This document shows, in pieces, positions 63,153 through 64,000 of a stretch of 64,000 nt of DNA. The first letter of the stretch is position 1. Each line of letters starts with the position of its first letter. The DNA comes from an uncultured Verrucomicrobiae bacterium. Its GTDB lineage: Bacteria > Verrucomicrobiota > Verrucomicrobiia > Opitutales > JABDGR01. The notes under the pieces were generated by a model, which searched no databases, was not told the DNA's origin, and was given only the letters and a program-made list of their open reading frames with translations. Location of the stretch: NCBI GenBank assembly GCA_963765205.1, contig CAVXVB010000009.1, positions 1,312,001-1,376,000 of the forward strand. The letters run 5' to 3'. The translations under genes and the position numbers were made by a program.

Positions 63153-64000
63153 ATGGCCTGGTTTACCAAGCCCAAAACGAAAAAGGAGCAGATTGAGGAG
63201 CAGCGCCGGCGCCGGCGCGGCGATACTGTGGCGTTGTCCCCCCACTGGCTCGACTTTCGAATGACGCTTGGAGGGGTGCTGTTTCTGCTAATGGCGGTGG
63301 CGGTGTGGTTAATTTGCTTCGCCGGCTTGTCGCCGGTGACGCAGCAATTGGTCGCCAGCCAGCGCGAACGCGTGCGGGTCGTGGCGGCCTTCCCGTTCAA
63401 CTATACCAGCGACGTGCGGACCCAGCGGGAAAAGAACAATGCCGAAGAACTGGTCGGCCCCTCGTTCAAACAGCCCGACCACGCCCTCGAAGAGCGCATG
63501 AAGCAGGCGGTGCTCGAATTGGAATCGTCCCTGGATCAATACCAGCAGGACTCCGCCAGCCTCCCCCCCGAGGAGCAACTGGCCGCACGGGAAAAGCTCG
63601 CGCGCGAATTCAGCGCCAAGAACGGATTTGACCTCGACCCGGCCGATGTCGCCAGCCTTGCCGCTGTGACCGACCCCAAGGAGCGCAACCAAGCCTTTAA
63701 CGTCGCGCTGACGAACATCCACAACTTGCTAAACCGCGGCATCTATGACCCCGCGCAGCCCGGCTTCCAGCCCGTGGCCATGCAGGGCGCGATGTATACC
63801 TTCGATGTTTCCGGGCGCGCCAGTTCGGTGCCTGTGCTGCCGCAAGATGAGGCCATGCGGCAGTTCCGCATCAATCTCGCCACCCTCGACATGGCGGCCC
63901 CCGCCAAGACCGCGATCTTCGATCTCCTCAAACAAACCCTCGTCCCCAACATCGCCTTCGATCAGGAACGCACCACGCGCGCCAAGACCGCCGCCATGGA
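63153..64000 (+). CDS. Membrane protein, probably the N-terminus of a 7TM-HD (HDIG) phosphohydrolase; runs off the window
   Basis: Open frame from ATG 63153 (MAWFTKPK...), one TM helix then RVRVVAAFPFNY extracellular region. The family call rests mainly on the usual phoH-HDIG synteny. Confidence 0.55.
   Translation, partial: MAWFTKPKTKKEQIEEQRRRRRGDTVALSPHWLDFRMTLGGVLFLLMAVAVWLICFAGLSPVTQQLVASQRERVRVVAAFPFNYTSDVRTQREKNNAEELVGPSFKQPDHALEERMKQAVLELESSLDQYQQDSASLPPEEQLAAREKLAREFSAKNGFDLDPADVASLAAVTDPKERNQAFNVALTNIHNLLNRGIYDPAQPGFQPVAMQGAMYTFDVSGRASSVPVLPQDEAMRQFRINLATLDMAAPAKTAIFDLLKQTLVPNIAFDQERTTRAKTAAM

Overview
GC-rich bacterial chromosome segment, most likely Verrucomicrobiota (inferred from the dnaK-groES-groEL order, the DUF1552/DUF1592 pair, the PVC-type coiled-coil/vWA cluster and many secreted CAZymes). 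The core genes are dnaK, groES, groEL, rpiB, lpxB, hisC, phoH, a pyruvate kinase, a WcaJ-like transferase, tRNA-fMet(CAT) and tRNA-Gly(TCC). Accessory DNA is interleaved: a complete type I restriction-modification locus with RhuM genes; a decayed patch (type ISP R-M fragment, RHS fragment, IS5 relic); toxin-antitoxin modules; and a ~16 kb carbohydrate/redox block bracketed by the tRNA-Gly and a degenerate copy of it. Several genes, including groEL, carry single-base frameshifts that look like assembly errors. The most unusual signals are three. (1) A tiny TCCCGC-N3/4-GCGGGA hairpin that, at two sites with an intact reference copy in the window, has replaced exactly 8 bp of host sequence. (2) A stand-alone coiled-coil + SeqA-C-like protein divergent from a sigma54-type dnaK promoter. 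(3) A dense family of inverted 7/8/9-mer tandem-repeat elements at gene junctions, some nested and one translated in frame. All protein calls come from motif recognition by eye; no database searches were run.
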